Source: Mustelus asterias (lineage: Eukaryota). Taken from it: a stretch of DNA of 64,000 nt. The DNA lies in the NCBI RefSeq assembly GCF_964213995.1, contig NC_135813.1:3782001-3846000 (forward strand). Reading direction: 5' to 3'. The position numbers and the translations under genes are program-made. Under the pieces are notes generated by a model that saw only the letters and a program-made list of their open reading frames with translations, had not been told where the DNA came from and did no database searches. Each line of letters begins with the position of its first letter. Position 1 is the stretch's first letter. Positions 1 to 11,385 of the stretch are shown here, piece by piece.

Positions 1-99
1 ATTAAGCTTTCATCGGGTGAAGTGTGTAACTCATGCTCTTTAGCTCCATAGAAAGGGTCAGGTCTTCCTATCCAAGGCTTAGAAATCAATTGCACTCAC

Positions 100-400
100 C
101 TCCCCGATTGTCTCTGTCTGTGACAACAATTCGTGCATTTAGCTCCTGAAGCTCCCAGTGCAGTCGTTCCAACTTGCGATTTGAGGTTTTCAAAATGTTT
201 TCCACATGTGCCAGATTTTTTTTGTCCGTTGTCACCTTGCGCAAATTCTCTGTTCCTTCTTTGATTTTCAGCTCCTTTTGTATTTCACGTCGAATCAGCT
301 CTTTCACTCCATCGAGTTTCTGCTGCATATCTGGGTCCAACAGGTCAGTCCCCTCTGCCAGCTCCAGTCTCTGGCTGATCAACAGCTGGTAAGTATTGCT
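100..400 (-). CDS. PKN3: PKN kinase coding exon 2 (HR1a Rho-binding repeat); gene continues beyond the left edge
   Basis: Acceptor ttttttttag at 410-401 and donor gtgagt at 99-94 give a 301-nt exon encoding [93 protein letters not shown], a typical PKN HR1a. Confidence 0.9.
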
Positions 401-461
401 CTAAAAAAAAGTTATGGTTGTTCATTACTGCAAATTAAATTGTAACATTTGATAAGGTACT

Positions 462-803
462 TTTTAAAATTCATTCGTGGGACTTGGTGTCACTGGCTGG
501 CCAGCATTTATTGCCCATTCCTAATTGCCAGAGGGCAATTGAGAGTCAACCCCATTGCTATGGCTCTGGAGTCACTGTAGGCCAGACCAGGTAAGGACAG
601 CAGATTTCCTTCCCTAAAAAGGACATTAGTGAACCAGATGGGTTTTTTCCAACAATTGGCAACAGTTTTGTGGTCATCAGTAGATTCTTAATTCCAGATT
701 TTTTTTTTTAATGAATTCAAATTCCATTCTGCCATGGCAGGATTCAAACCCAGGTCCCCAGATCATTAGCTGAGTTTCTGGATTAATAGTCTAACGATAA
801 TAC
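462..803 (-). mobile_element. tRNA-derived SINE (family B)
   Basis: Reverse complement of the copies at 7160-7515 and 58730-59048 (ggtattatcgctagactattaatccagaaa... atgggcaataaatgctggccagccag tail). Confidence 0.75.
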
Positions 804-1357
804 CAAGGAGTTGAATGTCCTATTCTAGTCTCTCACGTTCCATATTCTTAATGTTACTGCCGTTTATTCCAATTTTAAAAGCAACATTCCAATTACTGTA
901 ACATCACATCATTCAGCTAAGTTGCATGGCAATTTACTATACAAATTGCTCCCGCATATTTGCAGCCTTCATCGAATGCTGTATTTTTGAGTTGTCTTTA
1001 GCTGTGAAGTTGCTTGGCCTTTTGGGTTGCTACACTTCAACCACCTTTCAAACTGAATCTAGTATTTTTCCTAGAGAACCAAACAGGAATTTACAGATGC
1101 CTGAAGTCACACACGCTTCTGATGATTATGAACCAGGACACCAGGAAACACTCCCCAACTTGGTTTTGAAAAATACATTCACCAGACACGAGCATAACTC
1201 TTCGGCCAGCATTCATGGCCCCTTGCAACAACAGCACAGCCTGCTTGGCCCTTGCAGAGGGTAGTTAAATCATTGTGGGTCTGGAGCAGGTATATGTCAC
1301 ACTGGGTGAGGAGGGAATATTTACTTCCATAGAGGACATTCGAAAAAAAATCTGTTT

Positions 1358-1977
1358 CTGACAGTGCCACGACCCCTCAGGACTGACCCTCCGACAGCAC
1401 GGCACTCCCTCAGCACTGACCCTCTGACAGTGCGATACTCCCTCAGTACTGACCCTCCGACAGTGCGGCACTCCCTCAGTGCTGACCCTCCGACAGTGCG
1501 GCACTCCCTCAGTGCTGACCCTCCGACAGTGCGGCACTCCCTCAGTGCTGACCCTCCGACAGTGCGGCACTCCCTCAGCGCTGACCCTCTGACAGTGCGG
1601 CACTCCCTCAGCGCTGACCCTCTGACAGTGCGGCACTCCCTCAGCGCTGACCCTCTGACAGTGCGGCACTCCCTCAGCGCTGACCCTCTGACAGTGCGGC
1701 ACTCCCTCAGCGCTGACCCTCTGACAGTGCGGCACTCCCTCAGCGCTGACCCTCTGACAGTGCGACACTCCCTCAGCGCTGACCCTCTGACAGTGCGGCA
1801 CTCCCTCAGCGCTGACCCTCTGACAGTGCGGCACTCCCTCAGCGCTGACCCTCTGACAGTGCGGCACTCCCTCAGCGCTGACCCTCTGACAGTGCAGCAC
1901 TCCCTCAGTACTGACCCTCTGACAGTGCAGCACTCCCTCAGTACTGACCCTCTGACAGTGCGGCACTCCCTCAGTAC
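1358..1977. repeat. 33-bp minisatellite, about 18-19 units, in PKN intron 1
   Basis: Tandem unit CTGACAGTGCGGCACTCCCTCAGCGCTGACCCT. It explains the repetitive ORFs 1265..2167 and 1364..2029. Confidence 0.97.
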
Positions 1978-1999
1978 ACAGTGGGGATGGCAACATGGA

Positions 2000-2520
2000 A
2001 TTTATGCGCTGGTGTCGGGGAGGAAGTGAGTGCTGCCCATTGAGCCACAGTTTATTTGGACAAGGCGGAGGCAGCACCGGGTGTTCGCGGACTATCCGCC
2101 GTCGCTGGCCGCCTCCCCCGGGACCCGCTTTCCACCCGGAGACGGTTCCTGACCTGCTGGCAATCACCCGCCATCCTCACTCAGCTCCTTTCTCTTGGTC
2201 TTCTCTCAGGGGACGGAGCAGCCGGTTATCCGCGCATTCCGGCTGGGCTCTGCAGCCGATTAGCGGGGGGAGGGGGTGGCGGGTAACGGACACCTTTTGA
2301 ATTTTTAAACCCGCCGCGCGCCCGCCCAGGCTCTGAACAGGGCGCTGCACGCCCTCCGCCCATTGGCCAGTTAGGGTCAGGCGGGCACGGTCAATCACCT
2401 CCGCTAGCCAATGGAATGAGAAAGGCGGGTCCCAGGGGCCGTTTACGTCACCGAGTCACCTTCTGCTGACGTCACCCGTTCAGTCTCCCAGTTTGATGTG
2501 ATGACGCCATTGGGTTAAGC
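2000..2520 (-). promoter_or_regulatory. CpG-island promoter of PKN gene
   Basis: CpG-rich stretch with CCAAT boxes (~2361, ~2408, ~2508), a palindromic CRE TGACGTCA at 2467-2474 and GC boxes, immediately upstream of exon 1. Confidence 0.7.
2154..2174 (-). CDS. PKN3: PKN kinase coding exon 1 (MAGDCQQ)
   Basis: Minus strand reads gtgaggATGGCGGGTGATTGCCAGCAG|gtcagg: good Kozak context, phase-0 donor matching exon 2, located in a CpG island. Resembles the 7-codon first exon of PKN1 (MASDAVQ). PKN3 is assigned by synteny with SET and WDR34. Confidence 0.7.
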
Positions 2521-2544
2521 CAGCTCCTTCTCCAAGATCAGTGA

Positions 2545-3015
2545 GTAGTCTCACAACACCGGGTTAAAGTCCAGCAGGATTATTTGGTAGCATGAGCTTT
2601 CGGAGTGCTGCTCCTTCAACAGGTGAGTGCAAGATTTGGTTCACAAACAGGGCATGTATATAGACACAAACTCAGTTACAAGATAACAGTTGGAATGTGA
2701 GTCTTAACAGGTAATCAAGTCTTTACAGGTGCAGACAATGCGAGTGGAGAGAGGGTTAAGCACAGGTTAAAGAGGTGTGAATTGTCTCAAGCCAGGACAG
2801 TTAGTGAGATTTTGCAAGCCCAGACAAGTCGTGGGGGTTACAGATAGTGTGACATGAACCCAAGATCCCAGTTGAGGCTGTCCTCATGCATGCAGAACTT
2901 GGCTATCAGTTTCTGCTCGGCGATTCTGCGTTGTCGTGTGTCTTGAAGGCCGCCTTGGAGAATACTTACCCGAAGATCAGAGGCTGAATGCCCTTGACTG
3001 CTGAAGTGTTTTCCA
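2545..3015 (-). mobile_element. Penelope-like element 3' fragment (GIY-YIG endonuclease C-terminus plus terminal repeat)
   Basis: ORF 2838..3086 contains LRVSILQGGLQDTRQRRIAEQKLIAKF...LNWDLGFMSHY. It ends in the caaataatcctgctggactttaac terminal motif and carries a degenerate hammerhead core. Confidence 0.75.
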
Positions 3016-3039
3016 GGATCAACAATGCCTTTTCTCGTA

Positions 3040-3245
3040 ATCCTTCTCCCCATGTCTGCATGGGTTTCCTCCCACAGTCCAAACACATGGGTGTTAGGTT
3101 GACTGGCTGTGCTAAGTTGCCCCTTAGTGTCGAGGAATTAGCAGTGTAAATGTGTGAGATTACAGGGATAGGGCCTCAATGGAATTGTTGTTAGTGGAGG
3201 CTTAATGGGCCAAATGGCCTCCTTCTACACTATAGGGATACTATG
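3040..3245 (+). mobile_element. HE1/V-SINE 3' part
   Basis: V-domain tgtctgcatgggtttcctcc and CR1-type tail gggccaaatggcctccttctacact. Confidence 0.7.
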
Positions 3246-3413
3246 AGTTAAACCACCAAAAACACACTGGGCTGCATTGTTGTGATCAAAAATACCCTTC
3301 TCAGGCCCGTAGCATAAGAGGTAAACAAAGCAAGTGCTCTGAAGAAGTCACACAGACTCAAAATGTTAACTCTTTCTTTCTCCACGAGATGCTGCCAGAC
3401 CTAGAGTCATAGA

Positions 3414-3839
3414 AGTCTCACAACGCCAGGTTAAAGTCCAACAGGTTTATTTGGAATCACGAGCTTTCGGAGCACTGCTTCTTCCTCGGGTGAGTGCGTA
3501 ATGAATTCGATGATCAGTCACAATCAAAATGAAAGGTGGAGCAGGCTCAAAGGGCTGAATGGCCTACTCCTGCTTCTAGTTTCTAAGTAGAAAATATTCT
3601 GCCAATCACAATAGCATAACCTAATTGTGCAGTAGGGAAAAACAAAATTAAATTTATAAATCTCAGCTAAGTACCACTATGGGTCAAGGATTGGTTTTAT
3701 TGGCAGCTCCATATTAATTTTTGCCATGGAACAGTGCTCCGAAAGCTCGTGATTCCAAATAAACCTGTTGGACTTTAACCTGGTATTGTGAGACTTCTTA
3801 CTGTGCCCACCCCATTCCAACGCCGGCATTTCCACCTCA
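3414..3839. mobile_element. Fold-back Penelope-terminus element with internal insert
   Basis: Inverted arms ~3412-3495 and ~3733-3800, flanked by the direct repeat tagagtcataga (3402-3413 and 3840-3851). Confidence 0.7.
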
Positions 3840-3842
3840 TAG

Positions 3843-4700
3843 AGTCATAGAGATATACAGCACGGAAACAGGCCATTTGGTCCAACTTGTCCATGCTGAC
3901 CAGGTTTCCTAAACTGAACTAGTCCCATTTGCCTGCGTTTGTCCCATATCTCTCTGAACCTTTCCCATCCATGTACCTGTCCAAATGTATTTTAAATGTT
4001 GTAATTGCACCCGCCTCTACCACCTCCTCTGGCAGCTCATTCCATACACGCACCACCCTCTGTGTGAAAAAGCTGCCCCTCAGGTCCTTTGTAAATCTTT
4101 CCCCTCTCACCTTAAGCCTATACCTTCTAGTTCTGGATGCCCCTACCCTGGGGAAAAGACCTTGGCTGTTCACTTTATCCAAGCCCCTCATGATTTTATA
4201 AATCTCTAGAAAGTCACCCCTCATCCTCCTTTACTCCAGGGAAAAACGTACCAGCCTATCCAGCCTCTCCTTATAATTCAAACCTTCCAGTTCTGGTAAC
4301 ATCCTTGTAAATCTTTTTTACACCCTTTCCAATCTAATAACGTCCTACCTTTCCAGAATTGTAAGCAGTACTCCAAATGTGGTCTTACCAATGTCTTGTA
4401 CAGTTGTAACATAACGTTCCAACTCCTGTACTCAATGCTCTGACGGATGCAGGCTGGTGTTCCAAACACCACCTTCACCACCCTGTCTATCTGTGACACC
4501 ATTTTCAAGGGACTATGTACCTGCACCCTTAGGTCTCTCTGTTCGACAACACTCCCCAGGGCCCTACCACTAACTGCGTAAATCCTGCCCTGGTTTGTCT
4601 TACTAAAATGCAAAACCTCACATTGATCTCAATTAAACTCCATCTGCTATTCTTTGGCCCAATCATGATCTTGTTGTAGTCTTAGATAATCTTCACTGTC
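3843..4700 (-). mobile_element. CR1 LINE 3' fragment
   Basis: ORFs 4278..4613 and 3919..4224 carry CR1 ORF2 C-terminal motifs (LYKTLVRPHLEYC, FFTQRVVRVWNELP). Confidence 0.9.
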
Positions 4701-4865
4701 CACCTGCTGAGTCTTTCCAGATTTTTCTGTTTCCATTGAAGCAAGTTTCCACAGCTACAGCTTGTGAGGTGCCGCTCTGCATCAAGCACGGCTGGTCAGG
4801 AGGCTATCCCACTCTTACTACCTGCCATAGGTGTATTGGAAGGATTTACAGGTTGATAAACAACC

Positions 4866-5312
4866 TGTTTGAGACTGAGCAGATTGGGTTTGTATTCGTT
4901 GGAATTTAGAAGGCTGAGGGGGGATCTTATAGAGACCTATAAGATAATGAAGGGGCTGGATAGGGTAGAGATGGAGAGATTCTTTCCACTTAGAAAGGAA
5001 ACTAGAACTAGAGGGCACAGCCTCAAAATAAAGGGGGGTCAGTTTAGGACAGAGTTGAGGAGGAACTTCTTCTCTCAGAGGATGGTGAATCTCTGGAATT
5101 CTCTGCCCACTGAAGTGGTGGAGGCTACCTCGTTGAATATGTTTAAATCACGGATAGATGGATTCCTGATCAGTAAGGGAATTAGGGGTTATAGGGATCA
5201 GGCGGGTAAGTGGAACTGATCCACTTCAGATCAGCCATGATCTTATTGAATGGCGGGGCAGGCTCGAGGGGCTAGATGGCCTACTCCTGCTCCTATTTCT
5301 TATGTTCTTATG
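4866..5312 (+). mobile_element. CR1 LINE 3' end
   Basis: LGLYSLEFRRLRGDLIETYKI...FFSQRMVNLWNSLP, followed by a (tcttatgt) tail. Confidence 0.9.
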
Positions 5313-5489
5313 TTCGTCTATGATATGAATGCACCTTCTGTGGCTATCAAGTTCTGGAGTGGGACCCCGGCCCAGAACTTCTGTCTCAGAGACAGGTACA
5401 CTACCCACTGTTCCACAAGATCTCTTCCCTTTTTTTAGAGAGATACAATTAGTTGAGAACCGAATCATAAATCAGTGGAAACTTTTTTT

Positions 5490-5895
5490 TATTTTTGATT
5501 TGATTTATTATTGTCACATGTACTAATATACAGTGAAAAGTATTGTTTCTTGCGCGCTATACAGACAAAACATACCGTTCATAGAGAAGGAAACGAGAGA
5601 GAGCAGAATGTAGTGTTACAGTCATAGCTAGGGTGTAGAGAAAGATCAACTTAATGCAAGGTAAATCCATTCAAAAGTCTGACAGCAGCAGGGAAGAAGT
5701 TGTTCTTGAGTCGGTTGGTACGTGACCTCAGACTTTTGTATCTTTTTCCCGAAGGAAGAAGGTGGAAGAGAGAATGTCCGGGGTGCGTGAGGTCCTTAAT
5801 TATGCTGGCTGCTTTGCCGAGGCAGCGGGAAGTGTAGACAGAGTCAATGGATGGGAGGCTGGTTTGCGTGATGGATTGGGCTACATTCACGACCT
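5490..5895 (-). mobile_element. Rex1/Babar LINE 3' end
   Basis: HPGHSLFHLLPSGKRYKSLRSRTNRLKNNFFP with an (atcaa)n tail. Same tail as 49786-50985. Confidence 0.8.
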
Positions 5896-6427
5896 TATAA
5901 AATTAAATAGCATCTGGCATCCAGTATGCCCCCTCTTCCCTGTAGTGACCACAGGGTTGCAGAAGTCCTTTGATGCACTGACAGACACCACATTGCTCCC
6001 ATGTGTCCGCAGACACATTCTCAATTCTCTCACTTGGGCTACTCCTTGACTCTTATTGTCTGTACCACCATTTTCTCTCACCACAGATGCTGTCAGACCT
6101 GCTGAGATTTTCCAACATTTTCTGTTCTCTCAGCATCTACCCTGCCAAGCCCCTGGGAAACCTATATGTCTCAATAAGGTAGCCCCTCATTCACCAGGCA
6201 CTCTGTTCATATCTTCTTGAACTCCCTGAGTAGTATCCTTTACTTACCTTCCTGCTTTCAAAAGGTGCCTGAAAACCTTATTTTTAACAATGCCTTCAAT
6301 CATCCCCAAAACTAACACCATCATTTACTTTTTGTCCCCGCCCTACTTGACATTCAGCATTTTCCAGCTTTAATGTAACAATCCTCAAGGCACCTTTCTG
6401 CAAATGAAGATTTTCATAGAAATGTAA

Positions 6428-6866
6428 GTTGATTTGATTTGATTGATTTGATTTATTATTGTCACATGTATTAGCATACAGTGAAAAGTATTTTTTTCTT
6501 GTGCGCTATACAGACAAAGCATACCTTTCATAGAGAAGGAAATGAGAGAGTGCAGAATGTAGTGTTACAGTCATAGCTAGAGAAAGATCAACTTAATGTG
6601 AGGTAGGTCCATTCAAAGGTTTGATGGCAGCAGGGAAAAAGCTGTTTTTGAGTCGGTTGGTACGTGACCTCAGACTTGTGTATCTTTTTCCTGAAGGTGG
6701 AAGAGAGAATGTCCAGGGTGCGTGGGGTCCTTAATTATGCTGGCTGCTTTTCTGAGGCAGCAGGAAGTGTCGACAGAGTCAATGGGTGGGAGGCTGGTTT
6801 GCGTGATGGATTGGGCTTCATTCACGATCCTTTGTAGTTTCTTGCGGTCTTGGGCAGAGCAGGAGC
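6428..6866 (-). mobile_element. Rex1/Babar LINE 3' end (second copy)
   Basis: Near-identical to 5490-5895. Confidence 0.8.
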
Positions 6867-7159
6867 TTTTAATTCACAGCAGTTTTCCATGACAGGTTTC
6901 AATTGTGGCAAATTGTTATGATCTGGAATGCATTGCCTGGAAGTGGATTGAATAGGAAGTTCTGTGTTGGCCATGGCCCTATGATAGTCCTCATCTCTAA
7001 GGTTGTAGATTCAAGTCCCCAATCCAGGGCTTGAGCACAAACTAGGCTGACACTCCAGCACAGTACTGAGGGAGGACTGCACTGTCAGAGATGTCTGTCT
7101 TTTAGATGAAACCCTGAGTTGAGGCCCCAGCTGTACTCTTAGGTGGAGGTAACTCTTAG

Positions 7160-7515
7160 GAGGAGGGGATGGCCTAGTGGTATTATCGCTAGACTATTAA
7201 TCCAGAAACCCAGCTAATGTTCTGGGGACTTGGGTTCAAATCCCGCCACGGCAGATGGTGGAATTTGAATTCAATAAAAAATATTTGGAATTAAGAATTA
7301 CAAAACCATTGTCAATTGTCGGAAAAACCCACCTGATTCATCAATGTCCTTCAAGGAAGGAAATCGGCTGTCCTTACCTGGTCTGGCCTACATGTGACTC
7401 CAGAGCCACAGCAATGTGGTTGACTCTCAACTGCCCTCTGTAATGGCCTTGCCAAGGGCAACTAGAGATGGGAACTAAATGCTGACCCAGCCCATGTCCC
7501 ATGAATTAAAAAAAA
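7160..7515 (+). mobile_element. tRNA-derived SINE (family B), full length
   Basis: A box tggcctagtgg, B box ggttcaaatcc, and a tail ending in cccatgaattaaaaaaaa. Confidence 0.8.
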
Positions 7516-7700
7516 GTAAACAATCCCATAACACAATGTCAAAGAAGAGCAGGACAATTCTCCTGGGATTCCTGACAATGCTTTGGTCAATAAACATCAT
7601 TGGGACAGATTATCTCATCATTATCGCATTGTTGTATGCAGGAGCTTGTTGTATGCAAATTGGCCGCTTTTTTTCCTGCAATATTGAATACACTTGAAAA

Positions 7701-8022
7701 GGGGCGGCATGGTGGCACAGTGTTTAGCACTGCTGCCTCACAGCGCCAGGGACTCTGGTTCGATTCTTGGCTTGGGTCACTGTCTATTTGGAGCTTGTAC
7801 ATTTTCCCCGTGTCTGCGTGGGTTTCCTCCGGGTGCTCCGGTTTCCTCCCACAGTCCAAAGATGTACGGGTTAGGTGAATTGGCCATGCTAAATTGCTCT
7901 TTAATGTCAGGGGGACTAGCTAGGGTAAATGCTTGGGGTTATGGGGACAGGGCCTGGGTGGGATTGTGGTCAGTGTAGACGCGATGGGCCAAATGGCTTC
8001 CTTCTGCACTGGAGGATTCTAT
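7701..8022 (+). mobile_element. HE1/V-SINE with CR1-type tail
   Basis: ggggcggcatggtggcacagtg...ggttcgattc tRNA head, V-domain, and gggccaaatggcttccttctgcact...ttctatg tail. Confidence 0.9.
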
Positions 8023-8619
8023 GCAAAACACTTTGTTGACTCTGAAACACTTTGGGATATCCCGAGGCAGGGGTGAGATGCGCTGCGGAAACGCAAGCTA
8101 TTGCTTGTTGTTTCCAAGAGATACATATTTGAAAAGGAAAACAGGGTAAAGGGCTTTGTGCAGTGAGCAGGGGAGGGAGTGAGACGAATTGGATAGCCCT
8201 TTCAAAGGACCAGCAGAGGCAAAATGGGCCGAATGGCCTCCCTCTGTGCCTCGTGAGTCTGCCCCCCCCCCTCGCACCATTAAGTGAATTGGAATCCTCC
8301 AGCCTGCAGGGGGGTGAAAATTGTCTGAAGAACTTCTAAGTGCGGCGAGATCCATCTTTCGCTCCCGTATGTATTTAAATATCAGCTGTAGGAAGGCTAC
8401 AGTTAAAAGGGGGGAAAGAAAACGATACATATCTGAGACAAAGTTCTCTGCAGTAACGTGGGAAAAGTTCGGATAAAACTCACTGTCGGAAGGCGTTTAT
8501 AATATTTAGTTTTAAAAAACATGAAATAGTTGGCGATTATTTTGGGGCAGCAAGTGACTTTTTAAAACATTTTGGAGAAGTTTGTTCCGAGGGGTGAATT
8601 AAGGGCAGCGGCCTGGAGG

Positions 8620-8980
8620 ATGTGGCGGCTCTCGGTGCCTCTGCTGCTGGGCTTGCTGTCCATGGTGAGCGGCCACAATGCCAGTCGGGGCTCCCCCGAC
8701 GAGCTCTTGCTCTGCCGGTCGTGCGGTTTCGAGGTGGCCGCCAGCCGGGATCTCCGGTTCGTGGCCAGCGCCCTGGCTCTGGCTCAGCGGAACGACACAG
8801 TGATCGGCGAGCGCAGGGTCCCGGTGCAGCTCTTCCAGAACCCGCAGGGACTCCGCTTCCAGGTGATCACCTTCAAAAAAGCCGCTGTCCACAGGCACTG
8901 GCCGGCCGATGAGCAGTTCTCCTGGTTCCCCGGGCACTCGTGGACAGTGGCAACTTGCCCCAGGTGTCACAGCCACTTAG
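8620..8980 (+). CDS. Cereblon-like (CULT/Yippee-Mis18 fold) protein with predicted signal peptide, exon 1
   Basis: ATG at 8620; MWRLSVPLLLGLLSMVSG hydrophobic leader; CRSC and CPRC zinc knuckles; FQNPQG and FSWFPGHSWTVATC match the cereblon thalidomide-binding domain; phase-1 donor G|gtttgt; GC-rich coding bias. Confidence 0.9.
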
Positions 8981-9114
8981 GTTTGTTTGTGTTAGTTTAA
9001 CTCAATGTTTATAGCGGTGCGGCAGTCCCTTCAGTGTCACTTATCTTCATATTTTGTTGTCACAATGAAATATCACCTCGCAGCTTAAACGTGCAGGCAG
9101 AAAGGAAAAATTAA

Positions 9115-9390
9115 TTAGTGGCACAAGTACGTTCACATTAACACTGCAATGAAGTTACTGTGAAAATCCCCTAGTCGCCACACTCCAGTGTCTGTTCGGG
9201 TACACTGAGGGAGAATTTAGCACAGCCAATGCACCTAACAGCACCTCTTTCAGACTGTGGGAGGAAACCGGAGCACCCAGAGGAAACCCACGCAGACACA
9301 GTGAGAACGTGCAGACTCCACACAGACAGTGGCCCAAGCCGGAATCGAACCCAGGTCCCTGGCGCTGTGAGGCAGCAGTGCTAACCACTG
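9115..9390 (-). mobile_element. HE1/V-SINE (alternative tail type)
   Basis: Reverse complement of tRNA head, V-domain and the ...gactaggggattttcacagtaacttcattgcagtgttaatgt tail. Confidence 0.85.
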
Positions 9391-9488
9391 CTGCCTGGCA
9401 AGGGTACTGATTGGGGAACCAGATTAAATGTGCCCACGAACTAATAGTATATACTTAAGGGCTGAATGACCCTACTGTTCCTAAATTA

Positions 9489-9648
9489 TGACGTGGAGAT
9501 GCTGGCAATGCATTGGGGTGGGTACAGAGCTTTCAGAGCACTGCTCCTTCATCATGTTAGTGGCTACTCACTTGATGAAGGAGCACTGCTCAACGCTCGT
9601 GATTCCAAATAAACCTGTTGGACTTTAACCTGGTGTTGTGAGACTTCT
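9489..9648. mobile_element. Fold-back Penelope-terminus element (internally deleted)
   Basis: gagctttcagagcactgctccttcatca / tgatgaaggagcactgctc inverted pair, flanked by the TSD tactgtt(c/t)ctaaatta at 9473-9488 and 9649-9664. Confidence 0.75.
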
Positions 9649-9675
9649 TACTGTTTCTAAATTAAGCATTATTTT

Positions 9676-9973
9676 AGGGTGGCACAGTGGTTAGCACTGC
9701 TGCATCACAGCGCCAGGGACTTGGGTTTGATTCCTGGCTTGGGTCACTGACTGTGCGGAGTTTGCACATTCTCCCTGTGTCTGCGTGGGTTTCCTCCGGG
9801 TGCTCCGGTTTCCTCCCACAGTCTAAAAGACGTGCTGGTTAGGTGCATTGGCCGTGCTAAATTATCCCTCTGTGTACCCGAACGGGCGCCGGGGTGTGGC
9901 GACTAAGGGATTTTCACAGTAACTTCATTGCAGTGTTAGTGTCAGCCTACTTGTGACTAATAAATAAAACTTT
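9676..9973 (+). mobile_element. HE1/V-SINE (alternative tail type)
   Basis: Full head, V-domain and tail ending aataaataaaacttt. Confidence 0.88.
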
Positions 9974-10563
9974 ACTGCAAACTGTTTTCTGACCTCTGAT
10001 TCTATCCCCTTCCCTGGGCAGTCTCATGAGAGTCAGATTGTTTGCAACCACATTGTCCTAGTTGACTTTGAGTGGAATTCTGATCCTTTTCATCACCAAG
10101 GCTGTCTACTTCATGTCTAACGCTCCCTGCCAAATTCACACCTTTATTCCCCCAAGACATGAGTATTTCAATACTCTCCTGGCCAACCTCCAGCTTTCAT
10201 CCTCTGAACTTGAGCTAAACAAATAAACTCTGTTGCCTGCACCCTAACTTGCACCAAGTCCCAATCACCAGACCGCTCTGCTCTCCTGAATTCTTTGTTG
10301 AGTTTATTAGCATTGGCTTACAGTCCATCAGTGGCGTGCCTCATTTTAAAATTCCTACCCCCATGTTCAAATCCCTCCACAGCTCATTTCTGTAACTGGC
10401 TCCACGCCTGCGATTGCGTTCACGTATCTCTAGCCTCTTGTACATCTCACCCCTTTTCTCATTCCTGCCATTTGTGGCTATGCCTAAGTTCTTGAAATTC
10501 AATTCCTAAATCTTTCCACTCCACTCCTCCTTTAAAACCTCCCAACTCTGACCAAGCATTTGG

Positions 10564-11190
10564 GTGGCATGGTGACACGCTGGTTAGCATTGCTGCCTCT
10601 GTGCCAGGGACCTGGGTTCAATTCCAGCCTTAGGTGTGTGGCATTTGCACATTCTCATAAAATCGCAACAGTGCAGAAGGAGACCATTTGGCCCATTTGA
10701 CCTGCACTGACAACAATCCCATCCAGGCCTTATCCCTGTAACCTCACGTATTTACCCCGCTAATCTCCCTGACATTAAAGGTTAATTTAGCATAGCCAAT
10801 TAACCTAACTTGCACCTCTTCAGGAGGAAACCAGAGCACCTGGAGGAAACCCACGCAGACACGAGGAGAATGTGCAAACTCCACACACTGACCCGAGGCC
10901 AGAATTAAACCTGGGTCCCTGGCGCTGTGAGGCAGCAGTGCTAACGACTGTGCCACCGTGCTGCCCTGTATCTGTGTGGGTTTCCTCTGGATGCTGTTTC
11001 CAAAAGATGTGTGGGTTAGGTGAATTGGCCATGGTAAATTGCTCCTTACTATCCAAAGATGTGTATATTTGGGGGATTAGCAGAGTAAATATGTGGGGTT
11101 ATGGGGACAGAGCCTGGGCAACATGCTCTTTGGAGAATCTAGGCAGACTCAATGGACCGAACGGTCTCCTTCTGCACTGTAGGACTCTAA
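10564..11190. mobile_element. Plus-strand HE1 SINE interrupted by a minus-strand HE1 SINE (~10655-10962)
   Basis: The head at 10564-10655 resumes at ~10965 (cctgtatctgtgtgggtttcc), with a complete antisense copy in between. Confidence 0.75.
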
Positions 11191-11385
11191 AATCTGTTCT
11201 AATGTTTCTTCCTTTGGCACGGAGTTATACTCTTTATGCAAAACACCTTTTGATGTTTAATGTTCACTATCAAAAATGCAAGTTGTTACTGTTATAAGAG
11301 ATTGTGTGTGTGTGATAACTAGTTGATAAATTTAGTTCCGTCTATATTCCGTTCATTTTATGTGGATCTTCTTGATGTTTAACAG

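Larger units (their letters stand above)
6985..8097 (+). mobile_element. Old Deu-domain-type SINE interrupted by two younger SINEs
   Basis: Head (gattcaagtcccc...cagtactgagggag...ttagatgaaacc), middle (gaagagcagg...cagattatc...caaattggc) and tail (aaacactttgggatatcccgagg) are separated by inserts at 7160-7515 and 7701-8022. Confidence 0.6.

Noticed and set aside
926-1264. 112-aa ATG ORF antisense in PKN intron 1
   Set aside because: No recognisable homology or splice context, and the length is compatible with chance.
1358-1977. CRISPR-like array
   Set aside because: Head-to-tail tandem units without unique spacers, a eukaryotic context, and no cas genes.
1265-2167. 300-aa and 221-aa repetitive ORFs (Cys/His-rich, zinc-finger-looking)
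   Set aside because: They are translations of a 33-bp minisatellite (a multiple of 3) in PKN intron 1, with no splice or protein-family support.
7701-7775. tRNA genes at SINE heads (many copies)
   Set aside because: The A/B-box heads are always followed by a V-domain and LINE tail, so they are SINEs.
8572-9000. ORF-track boundaries of the CULT gene, or a call as CRBN itself
   Set aside because: The TTG start is upstream of the ATG at 8620, and the ORF runs into the intron after 8980. The protein lacks the LON and DDB1-binding domains, so it is not canonical CRBN.
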